Below, in pieces: positions 32,501 through 43,083 of a stretch of DNA of 64,000 bases. The stretch lies in sequence record MK310184; one strand, written 5' to 3'. The notes under the pieces were generated by a model, which saw nothing but the letters and a program-made list of their open reading frames with translations, searched no databases and was not told where the DNA came from. Every line of letters begins with the position of its first letter. The stretch's first letter is position 1. The translations under genes and the position numbers were made by a program. Origin of the DNA: Phage NC-G.

Positions 32501-33560
32501 CGGAACTAATAAATGGAAAATAACATCTCCATCTACCGGAACTACGTTAACTATCGGTGATACTACTAACGTATTAACCATGAACACTGCTACAGGTAAT
32601 GTTGCTGCACTTAACAACCTTAGCGCGGGTAATGATGTTCAAGCCAAAAATAACTTTGTGTTAAATGGAAGAACTATCGCAACCACCACCGGTGAAGCTT
32701 CTGGTGCTACATTGTCTTTAGGCGATAACTCACAGAATTTAGTGCTCAAAACTCTTGATGCTGGTAATATCATAGCAAATGGTGGCGGTGCATTTAAAGT
32801 TCTTACTGAGAAAAACGCAGTAGAAATTGTAGACAGAAACTTTGTTAACCAAGCCGGTGATACAATGTCCGGTGTACTCCGTGTGAATGCTCCGGTTCGT
32901 GTATTTGGTACTAAGCCTACTCTTGCTTCTCAGGTTCCTACTGCGGAAACAGTCGGCTTCTGGTCTGTTGATATCAATGACGAGGCCACTTATAGTAAGT
33001 TCCCTGGTTACTGGACTATGAAGACCAAACGTCAGGTTAATATCGATACGGTCCAAACTAAACCTGCTGGTGTTTCTGATGAGGTATGGAATGCTTCTGG
33101 TTGGTTAACGGAAACCGGTGCATTTAGTTCTCCAGCTATTCGTTATCGTAACGAAGACGGTAGTTTTGGTGATGAAGTTCTTGGTACGTCTGGCCAGAAA
33201 TTACGTGGCGCTTGGTTTGATTATTCTGTTCGTGATAAGGAAGTTAAATACCCGGGTACATTAACTCAGTTTGGTAATACGTTAGATTCATGTTATCAGG
33301 ATTGGGTGTGCTATCCTACAGGACTGAATGGCGGTACTATCCGTTACACCCGTACCTGGCAGAAGAATAAAAACGCATGGACTACGTTCTCAATGGTCTA
33401 TACGGCAGATAACCCTCCTTCTGCAGAAGATGTTGGTGCATTGCCTGCTGATAACGCTACAATGGGTAACATTACAATCCTTGATTGGTTGCGTATTGGT
33501 AACGTTCGCATTATTCCTGACCCGGTCACTAAATCCGTTAAGTTTGAGTGGATTGAATAA
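29592..33560 (+). CDS. 34: Long tail fibre proximal subunit
   Basis: 1322 aa; the N-terminus (MADILKPAFRATSGLDAAGEKVINVA...) parallels the T4 gp34 N-terminus. Confidence 0.9.
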   Translation: MADILKPAFRATSGLDAAGEKVINVAKADYNVLDDGVNVEFFIDENTIQAYDETRGYKKGFAVIHDQRIWVAQRDIAAPAGTFVPGYWTATRTDPKWITVASPTRQLASGEYIAVDSAASFTTFTLPPNPTDGDTIVIKDIGGRVGYNEIKVQSSSAPGGGNQKIVRFGNQFSETLITKPFSYNMLIFANRLWHFWEAGNEERGIRVEPNTAQFQAQAGDNVLRRYTSGAVIKFTLPKYANQGDMVKTVDIDGLGSKFHLIVETFDASSSLGKPGQHSMEFRTSGDGFFVYNSVEKMWYVWDGDRQTRLRVIRDDVELLANESIIVFGPNNTTPQTINITLPTSVAQGDTIKIALNYLRKAQTVNIKAAVGDKIASSVQLLQFPKRSEYPPDTEWVLNDVLTFNGNISYTPVIELSYIEDTITGGKYWVVAQNVPTVERVDSKDDLTRARLGVIALASQTQANVDHENNPEKELAITPQTLANRVATETRRGIARIATTAQVNQDTTFAFQDDLIISPKKLNERTATETRRGVAEIATQQETDAGVDDTTIITPKKLQTRQGTESLSGIVKYTSTVDTTPATARDTVGTNVYNKNVNNLVISPKALDQYKATQAQQGTVYLSTQSEVNTGQSASGFANSAVSPETLHARVALDTRTGLIEIATQQETDTGTDYTRAVTPKTLNDRKATETLTGIARIGTQVEFDAGVLDNVISTPLKIKTRFDDTARTSVSAASGLIESGTLWNHYTLDIREANETQRGTARLATQTEVNVGTDDKTIITPLKLHSKKSTESSEGIIRVATNTETTAGTSKVLAVSPSGLKYVVQTETTWEATALRRGFVKLTEGALTYSGNKVTGSGVKFNSGTGLYENDDTVLNAANYPKTGYAVSSYEMNKTLQNFLPINATAVNSEKLDGLDSLQFIRRDVDQTVNGSLTLTKQLNLAAPLVSSSTATFTDVTATNSTFGTVNVVNGTNKWKITSPSTGTTLTIGDTTNVLTMNTATGNVAALNNLSAGNDVQAKNNFVLNGRTIATTTGEASGATLSLGDNSQNLVLKTLDAGNIIANGGGAFKVLTEKNAVEIVDRNFVNQAGDTMSGVLRVNAPVRVFGTKPTLASQVPTAETVGFWSVDINDEATYSKFPGYWTMKTKRQVNIDTVQTKPAGVSDEVWNASGWLTETGAFSSPAIRYRNEDGSFGDEVLGTSGQKLRGAWFDYSVRDKEVKYPGTLTQFGNTLDSCYQDWVCYPTGLNGGTIRYTRTWQKNKNAWTTFSMVYTADNPPSAEDVGALPADNATMGNITILDWLRIGNVRIIPDPVTKSVKFEWIE

Positions 33561-33568
33561 GAGGTATT

Positions 33569-34690
33569 ATGGAAAGATTTATGGCAGAATTTGGACAAGG
33601 ATATGTCCAGGTTCCTACATTATCTGAAAACAATGCTGTAAGGTATAAACTTAGTATAGCTGGTAGTTGTACTAAGTCTACTAAAAAGGCGTATGTTAAA
33701 TTTCAAGATGGGGACTTCGGTCCCCAGAATTTTCAAAATGGACTAAACCTTATAGAAATTGATGTTAGTGCCGAACCTAAAGTGGTGGCTAACAAAACTT
33801 ATAGCTTTACAAAAGATTTTGATGTTATCTCTGAAGCTTTTATTACTTACATAAGTTCAATACCAGCCAATAGAATAGTTTGTTTAGTATCTTCCGGTAG
33901 ATTAAATGCTTCACAGAAACTTATTGATTGGTTCCGTGCAGCTGGAAGTACCGCATTTCCATCTAAATGGCTAATAGACCGCTTCGAGCCGTCTTATTCG
34001 GCCTTTTATGTGTCTGGTAGAAATACTATAGTGATGGAACATGTCCTTTATAATGATGGGGTGTTTGTTGAAGATGTTTCTACACCGTTAGAAGTCGTTT
34101 TTGACGATATCAGTGATGTAGGCGGGACCGGGTATCCTATAAGAATAGTGGAAGATGAAAACACTTATCTAAGTAATGGTGGGGAGGAAATAAAACGTTT
34201 CCCTACTGAATCTCCTACTACTCCTTGCGCTGATTATAATATGAAGCCTGGAGAATTCTTTTACCTTAAATTCCAAATGATGTGTGACCAGGAATTAAAA
34301 GATTTAGGGACTTCTCAAATGTCTGTTAGATTTTTTGATTCTAATAATGCTTTAACCGGTACGGTAAATATGGAAGTCCCATCTAATGTCCCTGCCGGGT
34401 CTTGGATGACTTTTGAGCGGGTAATTGAAGTTCCTGCTAATACTGAAACATTTACATTGTATGCAAGAAAAACAGTGGCCGATGGAGTTGGCGGTGTACG
34501 TAATGTGATGTTTGGGGAAGTATCAGAGCCAGAATCACAGCCTAAATCGGCTGAATTTGGTGTAAATGGTATTCGTATGAATTTCGGTACCGAAACTAAG
34601 AATATGGGTACTACCATAGCCCAGTTATACGATAAAACAGGTACTAAACCGGGACAGGTTTGGGTGTCTGAATTTAGAGAAAAATATTAA
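33569..34690 (+). CDS. 35: Long tail fibre hinge connector
   Basis: 373 aa immediately after 34; synteny and size. Confidence 0.8.
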   Translation: MERFMAEFGQGYVQVPTLSENNAVRYKLSIAGSCTKSTKKAYVKFQDGDFGPQNFQNGLNLIEIDVSAEPKVVANKTYSFTKDFDVISEAFITYISSIPANRIVCLVSSGRLNASQKLIDWFRAAGSTAFPSKWLIDRFEPSYSAFYVSGRNTIVMEHVLYNDGVFVEDVSTPLEVVFDDISDVGGTGYPIRIVEDENTYLSNGGEEIKRFPTESPTTPCADYNMKPGEFFYLKFQMMCDQELKDLGTSQMSVRFFDSNNALTGTVNMEVPSNVPAGSWMTFERVIEVPANTETFTLYARKTVADGVGGVRNVMFGEVSEPESQPKSAEFGVNGIRMNFGTETKNMGTTIAQLYDKTGTKPGQVWVSEFREKY

Positions 34691-34706
34691 GGAACCTTCG
34701 GGTTCC
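34691..34706 (+). terminator. Terminator hairpin C(UUCG)G after gene 35
   Basis: ggaacc-uucg-ggttcc followed by TTTTTCGTTTT. Confidence 0.65.
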
Positions 34707-34765
34707 TTTTTCGTTTTCTACAGCCATAAATATATAAAAGGCTATAACTCCCAAAGGAAACTCAA

Positions 34766-35413
34766 ATGGCAGATTTAAAATTAGGTTCTACAGCAGGAGG
34801 TTCGGTATTATGGCACCAAGGTAATTTCCCCTTAACGCCCGTATCAAATGACCTTCTTTACAAAACATATAAAGTTTACACCGAGTATAATAAACCTCAA
34901 GCAGTTGATAACGATTTCGTTTCAAAAGCTAACGGTGGTAATTATCAGAACAACGTGTATTTTGAAAAAGGTTTGACCTTTAATGATACTAATGGATATG
35001 GTATTAAATTAGGAGCAAGAACAGGTGGAGCCCCGTTCACAGCTTCTTTCCGTATTAAAGGTGCTTTTGGATATGAAACGGAAGACGGTACTCCGTTTGT
35101 GATATTTGACCCAAGTACAGTAGTGGGTGCTAAACGTCTTACCGTAATGGGTGATTCATTATTCCGCCAAGTATATGATGAATCGGGCCGCGTATTCAGC
35201 CCTGGCAACACCCCTACTAAGGCCCAAGTTGGATTGTCATTAGTAGATAACGCAAAACAGGTCCAAATAAATAATACTAATATGCAAACCATGACTGGAG
35301 TACTTGCTGCTCCTAACTTCATTTCATTAAATCCGGCCTCTGACGCAGGACATGTTCCGCGTTTCGACCAGATTGTTATTAAAGATTCTATCCAAGATTT
35401 TGGTTATTATTAA
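34766..35413 (+). CDS. 36: Long tail fibre proximal connector of the distal half
   Basis: 215 aa; synteny and size. Confidence 0.8.
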   Translation: MADLKLGSTAGGSVLWHQGNFPLTPVSNDLLYKTYKVYTEYNKPQAVDNDFVSKANGGNYQNNVYFEKGLTFNDTNGYGIKLGARTGGAPFTASFRIKGAFGYETEDGTPFVIFDPSTVVGAKRLTVMGDSLFRQVYDESGRVFSPGNTPTKAQVGLSLVDNAKQVQINNTNMQTMTGVLAAPNFISLNPASDAGHVPRFDQIVIKDSIQDFGYY

Positions 35414-35421
35414 GAGGCATT

Positions 35422-38400
35422 ATGGCTACTTTAAAACAGATACAATTTAAAAGAAGTAAAGTAGCTGGTGTACGTCCTACGCCAGCGCAGTTGGCTGAAG
35501 GCGAGCTGGCTATTAACTTAAAAGACCGTTTGTTATTTACCAAAGATGACACTGGAGCGATTATCGACCTTGGCTTTGCTAAAGGTGGTAATATTGACGG
35601 TAACGTTATCCATAAAGGAAATTACACCCAGACAGGCGATTACGCCCTAAATGGTACCTTTACCCAAACCGGCGATTTTAATTTAACCGGTATTGCTCGT
35701 GTAACTCGTGATATTATTGCCGCAGGTCAGATATTGACCCACGGTGGCGAACTTATTTCTAAGAGTGCCTCAACTTCTCACCTTCGTTTCTTTGATGGCA
35801 ATGACCGTGAACGTGGTATTATCTTTTCTCCTAATAATGCAGGAGCAACCAACCAAGTAGTTAATATTCGAGTACAAGATTATTCTACTGCAAGCGAAAG
35901 CACTTATGCATTTTCAGGCAGTGGTTTGTTCACTTCACCTGAAGTATCAGCATGGAAATCTATTTCATCTCCACAAATTCTGACCGATAAAGTTATTACA
36001 AACGGGAAGAAGGCAGGCGATTATGATATCTATTCAATGGCTGATAATAGCCCATTGTCTGAAAGCGAAACAGCTATTAACCACCTTCGTGTTATGCGAA
36101 ATGCCGTAGGTGCTGGTGTATTCCATGAAGTTAAAGATAATGACGGGTTAACCTGGTATGCTGGAGATGGATTGGACGCTTATCTTTGGTCATTTACATG
36201 GTCAGGTGGATTGAAAGCGGGTCATTCCATGTCTGTTGGTCTTCCAGGTGGCCCTAAAGGATATTCTGAATTAGGAACAGCTTCAATTGCTCTTGGTGAT
36301 AATAATACCGGATTTAAATGGCATCAGGATGGATATTTCCATACAGTAAACAACGGCACAAGAACTTTCATCTACGGGCCGGAAGAAACACAAAGCCTTA
36401 GAAAAATGGTTATGGGCTATTCTCCGGATGGGGTTCTTATGACAACGCCGCCGGCAGAAAATTATGCCTTAGCTACTGTTGTCACTTATCATGATAATAA
36501 CGCGTATGGTGATGGTCAAACTCTTTTAGGTTATTATCAAGGTGGTAATTATCACCATTATTTCCGTGGTAAGGGTACTACAAACATTAACACCGCCGGT
36601 GGTTTGTTGGTTACTCCTGGTAATATTGATGTCGTTGGTGGTTCAGTTAATATTGATGGCCGTAATAACAACTCGGTTTTGCTTTTTAAAGGTTATACTG
36701 CTGGCCAGAGCTCTGTTGATAATATGTCTATTGCTGTATGGGGTAACACCTTTAACACGGTAGACGGCTTTCGTAAAAACGTGATGGAAATATCTGATGG
36801 TATTAGCTGGATGCATTATATTCAGCGTAATAAAGATAATACCATTGAGGCCGTATTAAATGGTCAACAAACTATTAACGAAAATCTTGTTGTCAAAAAA
36901 GATATTTTAGTTGATAAGGCGGTCCACACCGCCGGCGAAATTACTACAAGTGCCGTTAATGGGCTCCGCATCTGGAACGCAGATTATGGAGCCATTTTTA
37001 GACGTTCAGAAGAAAGTCTTCATATTATTCCAACTGCTTATGGCGAAGGCAAAAATGGCGATATCGGTCCACTTCGCCCGTTTAGTATGGCTTTAGATAC
37101 TGGTAAAGTTACTATTCCAGATTTACAATCAAAATACAATACGATCACTGCGAACGGCTATATTAAATTTGTTGGCCATGGTGCAGGCGCTGGTGGTTAT
37201 GATATTCAATATGCTCAAGCAGCTCCTGTTTTCCAGGAAATTGATGATGATGCTGTAAGCAAATATTATCCTATTGTTAAGCAAAAATTCTTACAAGGAA
37301 AAGCTGTTTGGTCTTTAGGTACTGAAATTAATTCTGGGACTTTTGTTTTGCACCATCTTAAAGAAGACGGGACCCAGGGTCATACCTCAAGATTTAATGC
37401 CGATGGTACAGTTAATTTCCCTGATAACGTGCAGGTTGGCGGTGGTGAAGCTACTATTGCTCGTAATGGTAACATCTTCTCTGATATTTGGAAAGTATTT
37501 ACCTCTGCCGGTGATATAACTAACATTCACGATGCTATTGCCTCTCGTGTTGCTAAAGAAGGCGATACAATGACAGGTAAGCTGACTATTGCCGCTGCGG
37601 ATGATGCTTTATTGATTAAAGCCCCGAATGCCAATAATAGTTCTCATATCCGTTCAGAAGTCGCCGGTTCTAATAGCTGGTTTGTTGGTAAAGGCGGTGA
37701 AAGTGATACGGTATCTTTTTATAACTACAAAACAACAACCGGTCTAGATTTGAGTGATAATGGAGTAATTTCATTTAGTCCTAAATCATTTAATTTAGCT
37801 CAAATGAGTGAAAACCGCCTGTGGATTAATGGAACAAGATGGGTTGCCACAAATCCAGGCGCTATTAGCGGACAATTCGCACTTGAGGCTCCTTTATTTG
37901 TAGAACACGGCTACCTGAATGGTAACGTTTATTACCCGATTGTTAAAGGCCGAAGTTCTTCTGCAGGGTTTGGATACACGTCCTCCGTAGAGCTAGGTAC
38001 TTTACGCAGTGGTAATGCGGACTGGGCCACTGGTTGTATAATTGTTCGTTCAGCTGAAAATACACCAGAACAAGGACATCCTGCAGCGGTTTATCAATTT
38101 AAGGCCAACGGCCAGTTTAGTTCCCCGGGAAGAATTGTTTCAGGATGGACAGGTATGGGTGTAGGTGTTGAACCCGCCTGGACTACGCCGTGTATTGCTA
38201 TTGGCGACAATGACACTGGATTGCTCTGGGAAAGCGATGGCGTCTACAACATGTATGCTAACGGGCAAGGTGTATTCAGTATTCGAGCCGGACTTGCTCA
38301 GACATTCGGTGGTGTTAACTTACACTGTAATGCAGGTATGTATGTTCGTGATAACATTGATGTTAACGACGTTTATATTCGTTCTGATATTCGTTGTAAG

Positions 38401-38700
38401 TCGGAAATTAAGCTTATCGAGAATGCCCAAGAGAAATCTAAACTCTTAGGCGGTTATACTTATCTGCTTAAAAACTCTGTCACAGATGAAGTTAAACCGT
38501 CTGCCGGTTTAATTGCCCAGGAAGTTCAAGAAGTATTGCCTGAACTTGTGACCGAAGATAAAGAGACTGGCTTACTTCGTTTAAACTATAACGGTATTAT
38601 CGGTTTAAATACTGCTACTATCAACGAGCATACTGACGAAATCAAGGAATTGAAATCTGAAATTGCTGAGTTGAAAGCATTAATTAAATCATTATTATAA
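35422..38700 (+). CDS. 37: Long tail fibre distal subunit with C-terminal intramolecular-chaperone-like domain
   Basis: 1092 aa; C-terminal [11 protein letters not shown] (Ser-Lys dyad) and a coiled-coil tail typical of self-cleaving chaperone domains. Confidence 0.88.
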   Translation: MATLKQIQFKRSKVAGVRPTPAQLAEGELAINLKDRLLFTKDDTGAIIDLGFAKGGNIDGNVIHKGNYTQTGDYALNGTFTQTGDFNLTGIARVTRDIIAAGQILTHGGELISKSASTSHLRFFDGNDRERGIIFSPNNAGATNQVVNIRVQDYSTASESTYAFSGSGLFTSPEVSAWKSISSPQILTDKVITNGKKAGDYDIYSMADNSPLSESETAINHLRVMRNAVGAGVFHEVKDNDGLTWYAGDGLDAYLWSFTWSGGLKAGHSMSVGLPGGPKGYSELGTASIALGDNNTGFKWHQDGYFHTVNNGTRTFIYGPEETQSLRKMVMGYSPDGVLMTTPPAENYALATVVTYHDNNAYGDGQTLLGYYQGGNYHHYFRGKGTTNINTAGGLLVTPGNIDVVGGSVNIDGRNNNSVLLFKGYTAGQSSVDNMSIAVWGNTFNTVDGFRKNVMEISDGISWMHYIQRNKDNTIEAVLNGQQTINENLVVKKDILVDKAVHTAGEITTSAVNGLRIWNADYGAIFRRSEESLHIIPTAYGEGKNGDIGPLRPFSMALDTGKVTIPDLQSKYNTITANGYIKFVGHGAGAGGYDIQYAQAAPVFQEIDDDAVSKYYPIVKQKFLQGKAVWSLGTEINSGTFVLHHLKEDGTQGHTSRFNADGTVNFPDNVQVGGGEATIARNGNIFSDIWKVFTSAGDITNIHDAIASRVAKEGDTMTGKLTIAAADDALLIKAPNANNSSHIRSEVAGSNSWFVGKGGESDTVSFYNYKTTTGLDLSDNGVISFSPKSFNLAQMSENRLWINGTRWVATNPGAISGQFALEAPLFVEHGYLNGNVYYPIVKGRSSSAGFGYTSSVELGTLRSGNADWATGCIIVRSAENTPEQGHPAAVYQFKANGQFSSPGRIVSGWTGMGVGVEPAWTTPCIAIGDNDTGLLWESDGVYNMYANGQGVFSIRAGLAQTFGGVNLHCNAGMYVRDNIDVNDVYIRSDIRCKSEIKLIENAQEKSKLLGGYTYLLKNSVTDEVKPSAGLIAQEVQEVLPELVTEDKETGLLRLNYNGIIGLNTATINEHTDEIKELKSEIAELKALIKSLL

Positions 38701-38703
38701 GAA

Positions 38704-38719
38704 AGGGCCTTCGGGCCCT
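38704..38719 (+). promoter_or_regulatory. C(UUCG)G hairpin between 37 and 38
   Basis: agggcc-uucg-ggccct directly before the GGAGG Shine-Dalgarno of gene 38; no T-run. Confidence 0.45.
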
Positions 38720-38729
38720 GGAGGTTTTT

Positions 38730-39509
38730 ATGGCAGTAGTAGGAATTCCTGGTTGGATTGGAACTTCAGCGGTTGCTGAAACAGGCCAGCGTTGGATGTC
38801 AGCGGCCTCTAGAGAATTACGTCTAGGGAACCCATCTTGGATGTCCCAATTTGCTGGTCGCTCAAGAGAAATTATTCACACACTTGGCGCCGACCATAAC
38901 TTTAATGGGCAATGGTTTAGAGACCGTTGTTTTGAAGCCGGCGGTGCTCCTATAGTGTTTAATATCACAGGCAACTTAGTATCATATACTAAAGATGTTC
39001 CGTTGTTCTTTATGTACGGTGATACCCCTAACGAATATGTTACTTTGAATATTCATGGTGGTGTTCATATGTGGGGCCGAGGTGGCAACGGTACAGTAAA
39101 TGGAAGCCCAGGCACTAATGGTGGTGACGTAATCCAAAATGATATTGGTGGACGACTTCGCATTTGGAATTATGGCGTGATAGCCTCCGGTGGTGGTGGT
39201 GGCGGTGCCGCATCATTACAGAATAGTTGGCCTGCAAATGCTACAGCAGGTGGCGGCGGCGGCAGGCCATTTGGTCTCGGCGGTGGTGGTGTTAATTGGC
39301 CAGGCGGCAATGCTAGTTATGATGGTCCAGGTGGCGGTGGTAATGCAAGCCAATTTGGCGGCGGCAATGGCGGTGATGCTGGAGGCGCTGGCGGCGATGG
39401 ATGGGGTAATCACTTATCCAGGTCGGGTGGTGGTGCTCCTGGTAGAGCAGTATTCGGTTCCTCTCCATCATGGGGCGCTACAGGCACCATCTACGGCTCT
39501 TGGTTATAA
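38730..39509 (+). CDS. 38: T2-type receptor-recognising adhesin gp38
   Basis: Conserved N-terminus ([15 protein letters not shown]...[31 protein letters not shown]) and C-terminal polyglycine motifs separated by variable segments. Confidence 0.85.
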   Translation: MAVVGIPGWIGTSAVAETGQRWMSAASRELRLGNPSWMSQFAGRSREIIHTLGADHNFNGQWFRDRCFEAGGAPIVFNITGNLVSYTKDVPLFFMYGDTPNEYVTLNIHGGVHMWGRGGNGTVNGSPGTNGGDVIQNDIGGRLRIWNYGVIASGGGGGGAASLQNSWPANATAGGGGGRPFGLGGGGVNWPGGNASYDGPGGGGNASQFGGGNGGDAGGAGGDGWGNHLSRSGGGAPGRAVFGSSPSWGATGTIYGSWL

Positions 39510-39525
39510 TACGAAAGTATTAAAT

Positions 39526-39533
39526 TATAAATA
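39526..39533 (+). promoter_or_regulatory. Late promoter (TATAAATA) for holin t
   Basis: Exact TATAAATA about 19 nt upstream of the t start. Confidence 0.6.
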
Positions 39534-39551
39534 TCTTTAAAGGAGAAAAGT

Positions 39552-40205
39552 ATGGAACCAAAAGTAGGATTTTCATTATCAGACCTACTTTTTGGACTTC
39601 TTGATAGAATTTTTAAAGATACTTCTTCCGGGAAAGTTGTTTTTTCCCGGGTCCTAGTCGTAATATTATTGTTCTTTATGGCATTAGTTTGGTATAAAGG
39701 CGAGCATATTCTAAACTTTTATAAAGAGACAACTTATGCCTCTTATACTGAAATGATTAGACAAGACCAGGACAATAGATTTAAAATTGCGGCTATCGAG
39801 CAGCTCCGAATAGTGCATTCTTCTTCAGGCGCAGACTTCACAGCAATATATTCTTTTAGACCAACCAACATGAATTATTTTGTGGACATGGTTGCTTATG
39901 AGGGTAAATTACCGGAAACGGTAGACGCAAAAAATACGGGAGGATTTCCGATTGACAAAACGTCAGTAGAGTATATGGCGGGAGTTAACGGAAACTATTT
40001 TGAATCAAGTACAGAAACTGTGTTCCTTCCTACAAAGAAGAAAACCCAATTCACGTATATGTTTTCATGCCCGTTTTTTAATTTGGATAACATCTATGCC
40101 GGCTCGATATCATTATACTGGTATGACATCAAACCGGATTTAGGATTTCCTAGACTTTCGTCTATGTGTGGTCAGGCTGGGAGGACATTAGGTCGAACTC
40201 GTTAA
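39552..40205 (+). CDS. t: Holin T
   Basis: 217 aa; LLFGLLDRIFKD...VILLFFMALVWY...YEGKLP matches T4 holin. Confidence 0.9.
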   Translation: MEPKVGFSLSDLLFGLLDRIFKDTSSGKVVFSRVLVVILLFFMALVWYKGEHILNFYKETTYASYTEMIRQDQDNRFKIAAIEQLRIVHSSSGADFTAIYSFRPTNMNYFVDMVAYEGKLPETVDAKNTGGFPIDKTSVEYMAGVNGNYFESSTETVFLPTKKKTQFTYMFSCPFFNLDNIYAGSISLYWYDIKPDLGFPRLSSMCGQAGRTLGRTR

Positions 40206-40477
40206 AAATTGGAGGTATACATCATTAAGTAACGGTGTATATCTTCATACCCTTCATTAAATTGCTCAATAAGAGTATCACGTTCATCTTCAGTTAAAGA
40301 CTTAAAGAGTTTATTAAAAGATAGACCGTTAAGTTCCTTTCCATGTTCATTACGAATACCCAACTCATTCAAAAAGGCAATAAACTCATCACGACGTTGC
40401 ATGATGTCTTCACAATCCGTTTTAATCAAAATAGAAACAATGGTAGCAATTTCGGAAACGATTTCAATTTTAGTCAT
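40202..40477 (-). CDS. asiA: Anti-sigma70 factor AsiA
   Basis: 91 aa; IVSILIK...FIAFLNE...DTLIEQFNEGYE..YRYL.MYT matches T4 AsiA. Confidence 0.9.
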   Translation of the reverse strand: MTKIEIVSEIATIVSILIKTDCEDIMQRRDEFIAFLNELGIRNEHGKELNGLSFNKLFKSLTEDERDTLIEQFNEGYEDIHRYLMMYTSNF

Positions 40478-40789
40478 TTTAATTTACTCAAGTATTCAAT
40501 AGGACATTCATTTATTCAGTAATAATATTGTAACACTATTCTTCTGGGTTGTACACCTGATTTTTCATCCGTACAACATATTCCTGATACATTTCTTCGA
40601 TAGGTTCCTGGAACTTAAAATCAGCTCCTAGGAATTCCTCAAAGCACGCCTGCTCACGCGTACGCATACCTGTTACGGTGTTCTCTAAGTTATGACTCAT
40701 ACCCTTTACCCTTATGTTTCTGCTTACGCTTAGACTCTTTAAAATTTTTCTTCTTATCTTTATGGACGGAAGCCTTATTGAAATCGTGC

Positions 40790-41074
40790 TTAGCTACCAG
40801 ATTGTTCATCACGTAATTTCCTTAATTGATATTCAAGAGAACTGATAATTTCTTTATTAGTTGCAATATACATATCACGTAGGAACGGCTTCAACCCTTC
40901 CATATTCCCATGGATTGTCTTGGAACTAATATTCTTTATATATTCATGGTCTAATGCATCCCAAGCAGGTTGGTTGACATAAGTTCCCCAATTATCTTCC
41001 ACCATAACATTCAGACGTTTAATATGGTTGATATGGGCTTCGATTGCATCAATCTGGAGTTGTTTAAGATTCAT
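40790..41074 (-). CDS. Hypothetical protein (94 aa; arn position)
   Basis: ORF between asiA and motA; a function call is not supportable. Confidence 0.45.
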   Translation of the reverse strand: MNLKQLQIDAIEAHINHIKRLNVMVEDNWGTYVNQPAWDALDHEYIKNISSKTIHGNMEGLKPFLRDMYIATNKEIISSLEYQLRKLRDEQSGS

Positions 41075-41562
41075 TAGTAAAGGTCCTCAGAGTAAAGTTC
41101 TTTTTCACTACCACCACGTTCAATACGAACTTGGTTAGCATATGTTGCAATAATCATTGCTTCTTCGCGAGTCCAATAGTTTGAATATTGGTCAATAAAT
41201 CCTTGGTCATCGCCACAAACATGGTCTGACACAAGTTTATCACTTACCTGGTCAAGCACTTCTGCCATATCTTTAGAATAATGTCGAGCGCCAGGAATAA
41301 CCAAAGTCCCACCGTCTTTTAACTTAAAGCGGTTGGCTGCACATACAATCCTACGCTGATATTTTTCATTGTTGTTCCAATAAGCAATCTGCCAACAGAT
41401 TTCAGGAACCTCTTCCAAAACATCCTCTTCCGAATATTCAGCGTAATCGCCGTAGGCCTGTAATTTAGCTGCTAAGCTTTCAGGCGTCTCGCGAGAAAGG
41501 GCTTTATCCAACAGGGCCATACGGTCTTTAAAGGATAATTCTTTACCTTTTAATGGATTCAT
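41074..41562 (-). CDS. Hypothetical protein (162 aa)
   Basis: ORF; CAAN...DGG...PGARH segment is of unclear affinity. Confidence 0.5.
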   Translation of the reverse strand: MNPLKGKELSFKDRMALLDKALSRETPESLAAKLQAYGDYAEYSEEDVLEEVPEICWQIAYWNNNEKYQRRIVCAANRFKLKDGGTLVIPGARHYSKDMAEVLDQVSDKLVSDHVCGDDQGFIDQYSNYWTREEAMIIATYANQVRIERGGSEKELYSEDLY

Positions 41563-41906
41563 TTGAAAATCACCTTACGGCCATTATCTTTAGCAAATTC
41601 TTGAATTTTGGTGGCGGTATCAATTAAATCACCTTTATAATAGGATGATAATTTAATATCAACTGTTTGGGCCACGCCATGCGAAGTTATGTTTACTTTT
41701 TCTATAAAAATAATCTCAAGAAACCGCAATAACTGCATACCGAATTCAAGATGAACATTGTCAATCTGGAGATTGAGTTGATAAATTTTCTTAATACCAT
41801 TTACCAAAGCTACACGTTCGTCCCAATCATTACGCTGTTCTTCAATCAATTTAAGGGAATGACCTTCGCCGTCCCAGTTAAGTTCCATCGGAATCATTTG
41901 AACCAC
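41559..41906 (-). CDS. Hypothetical protein (115 aa)
   Basis: ORF. Confidence 0.5.
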   Translation of the reverse strand: MVQMIPMELNWDGEGHSLKLIEEQRNDWDERVALVNGIKKIYQLNLQIDNVHLEFGMQLLRFLEIIFIEKVNITSHGVAQTVDIKLSSYYKGDLIDTATKIQEFAKDNGRKVIFK

Positions 41907-42223
41907 CCTTTAACACGTTGCCATAAAGTTTTCTGTTGAGCTTTATTAACACCAATTGAACGAATAACTGGTTGTGATTCCTGGTATTCTTTGTAGTCGG
42001 CTTTATAGACTTCATAAGCAGCTGGAACAAAGGTGCTGATGGCAGCCATAAAGTTCTTACGAATTCCCATAGAAGCTTCAGAACCACCACGGATGATTAA
42101 GTATTTACCCGCTTTAATCTTAACAATAGTTCCAAGATAAGCGCCATGGTACCAAATATCCCAACCTTCTTGAGTAGGTTCTGCACAACGACGAAGTTCA
42201 TTAACAATATTCAGCTTGTTCAT
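41894..42223 (-). CDS. Hypothetical protein (109 aa)
   Basis: ORF. Confidence 0.5.
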   Translation of the reverse strand: MNKLNIVNELRRCAEPTQEGWDIWYHGAYLGTIVKIKAGKYLIIRGGSEASMGIRKNFMAAISTFVPAAYEVYKADYKEYQESQPVIRSIGVNKAQQKTLWQRVKGWFK

Positions 42224-42241
42224 AATAATTTCCTCAGTCAG

Positions 42242-42874
42242 TTAAATTGCATTAGTTACGGTTTTGATAACTTCAGATGATACGTTTTGGAAGTCAATAT
42301 AAGTATTCTTACCACCAGTCTTAATCTTAACATCAAGATTCAAGGAAGTAAACACTTGTTTTTCTTTATCAGTCATATTATAACCGAAGATACGCATCAT
42401 TCCGTCACGACGGACTTCGATTTGGCGAATACCGTTGGTACGTTTAGCGAATCGAACTTCAAGATTGCTACGGTTTTCAGCAATTTCACGAATCTCGATA
42501 CGGTCTTCTAACAAAGATTTAACTTCATCAGCCAATACCACCATTTCAGGAGTAACACCACGTGAACTGCGAGTTTTACGTTTTTCCAACATCTCTGGAG
42601 CATTTTCAGAAGCGAACAGGTCGGCAGCTTTTTGAACTAGGTCCATTGCTTCACCCGTAGCCACCAGTCCATCACCGGATTTTTCGATGAATCCTTTCTT
42701 AATCAATACACCGATGTTAGAATTAACTACCGCAGCACTAAATTGCTCACTCAGGGCTTCACGGACTTCGCCTGAAGTGATGAAGTTATGCTTGATGATA
42801 TGTACTAAGATAGAAGCCGTTTTTTCATTCAGGACGTCTTCAGAAGCTTTGATGATATAAGTAATTTTAGACAT
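42242..42874 (-). CDS. motA: Middle-transcription activator MotA
   Basis: 210 aa; MSKITYIIKAS.DVLNEKTA...NSNIGVLIKKG..EKSGDGL matches T4 MotA. Confidence 0.9.
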   Translation of the reverse strand: MSKITYIIKASEDVLNEKTASILVHIIKHNFITSGEVREALSEQFSAAVVNSNIGVLIKKGFIEKSGDGLVATGEAMDLVQKAADLFASENAPEMLEKRKTRSSRGVTPEMVVLADEVKSLLEDRIEIREIAENRSNLEVRFAKRTNGIRQIEVRRDGMMRIFGYNMTDKEKQVFTSLNLDVKIKTGGKNTYIDFQNVSSEVIKTVTNAI

Positions 42875-42907
42875 TTTAATCTCCGATAACCATTTATTTG
42901 ATAGGTC

Positions 42908-42937
42908 TATAGTATCATGTTTAAAGCAGAAGTAAAC
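42908..42937 (-). promoter_or_regulatory. Early promoter for motA
   Basis: Minus strand GTTTAC, 18 nt, TACTAT-AGACCTATCAA. Confidence 0.5.
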
Positions 42938-42960
42938 ACCTTTTTTGCACTAAACCAAAA

Positions 42961-42980
42961 AAGGAACCCGAAGGTTCCTT
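42961..42980 (-). terminator. C(UUCG)G terminator hairpin
   Basis: Minus strand ggaacc-uucg-ggttcc followed by a T-run. Confidence 0.6.
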
Positions 42981-42981
42981 A

Positions 42982-43083
42982 CTTTTTAAAGTGTGCCGCT
43001 ATTAAACCAATAGCTAAGCCTGTTGCCAGGCCTAGGATAACAGCAAAGATACAGAGTAACAAGAACTCGACTCCAAGGCTCAT
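42982..43083 (-). CDS. Small membrane peptide (33 aa), absent from the ORF track
   Basis: Hand translation gives MSLGVEFLLLCIFAVILGLATGLAIGLIAAHFKK; ATGA overlap with the gene 52 stop. Confidence 0.35.

Noticed and set aside
29940-33056. Minus-strand ORFs embedded in gene 34 (29940-30242, 31091-31348, 31826-32077, 32345-32617, 32739-33056)
   Set aside because: Antisense to a confidently identified structural gene, with no start signals.
39180-39440. Short GGTGGTGGCGGT-type repeats that might suggest a repeat array or CRISPR
   Set aside because: They are in-frame glycine codons of gp38 polyglycine motifs, with no spacer-repeat periodicity.
40536-40809. Two overlapping small ORFs (39 and 54 aa) between asiA and the 94-aa gene
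   Set aside because: Both are plausible by frame but lack clear ribosome-binding sites and overlap each other and the upstream gene; left unannotated.
41074-41562. Possible macro-domain-like segment (CAAN...DGG) in the 162-aa protein
   Set aside because: Motif position and protein length do not fit macro domains well; too weak to call without a profile search.
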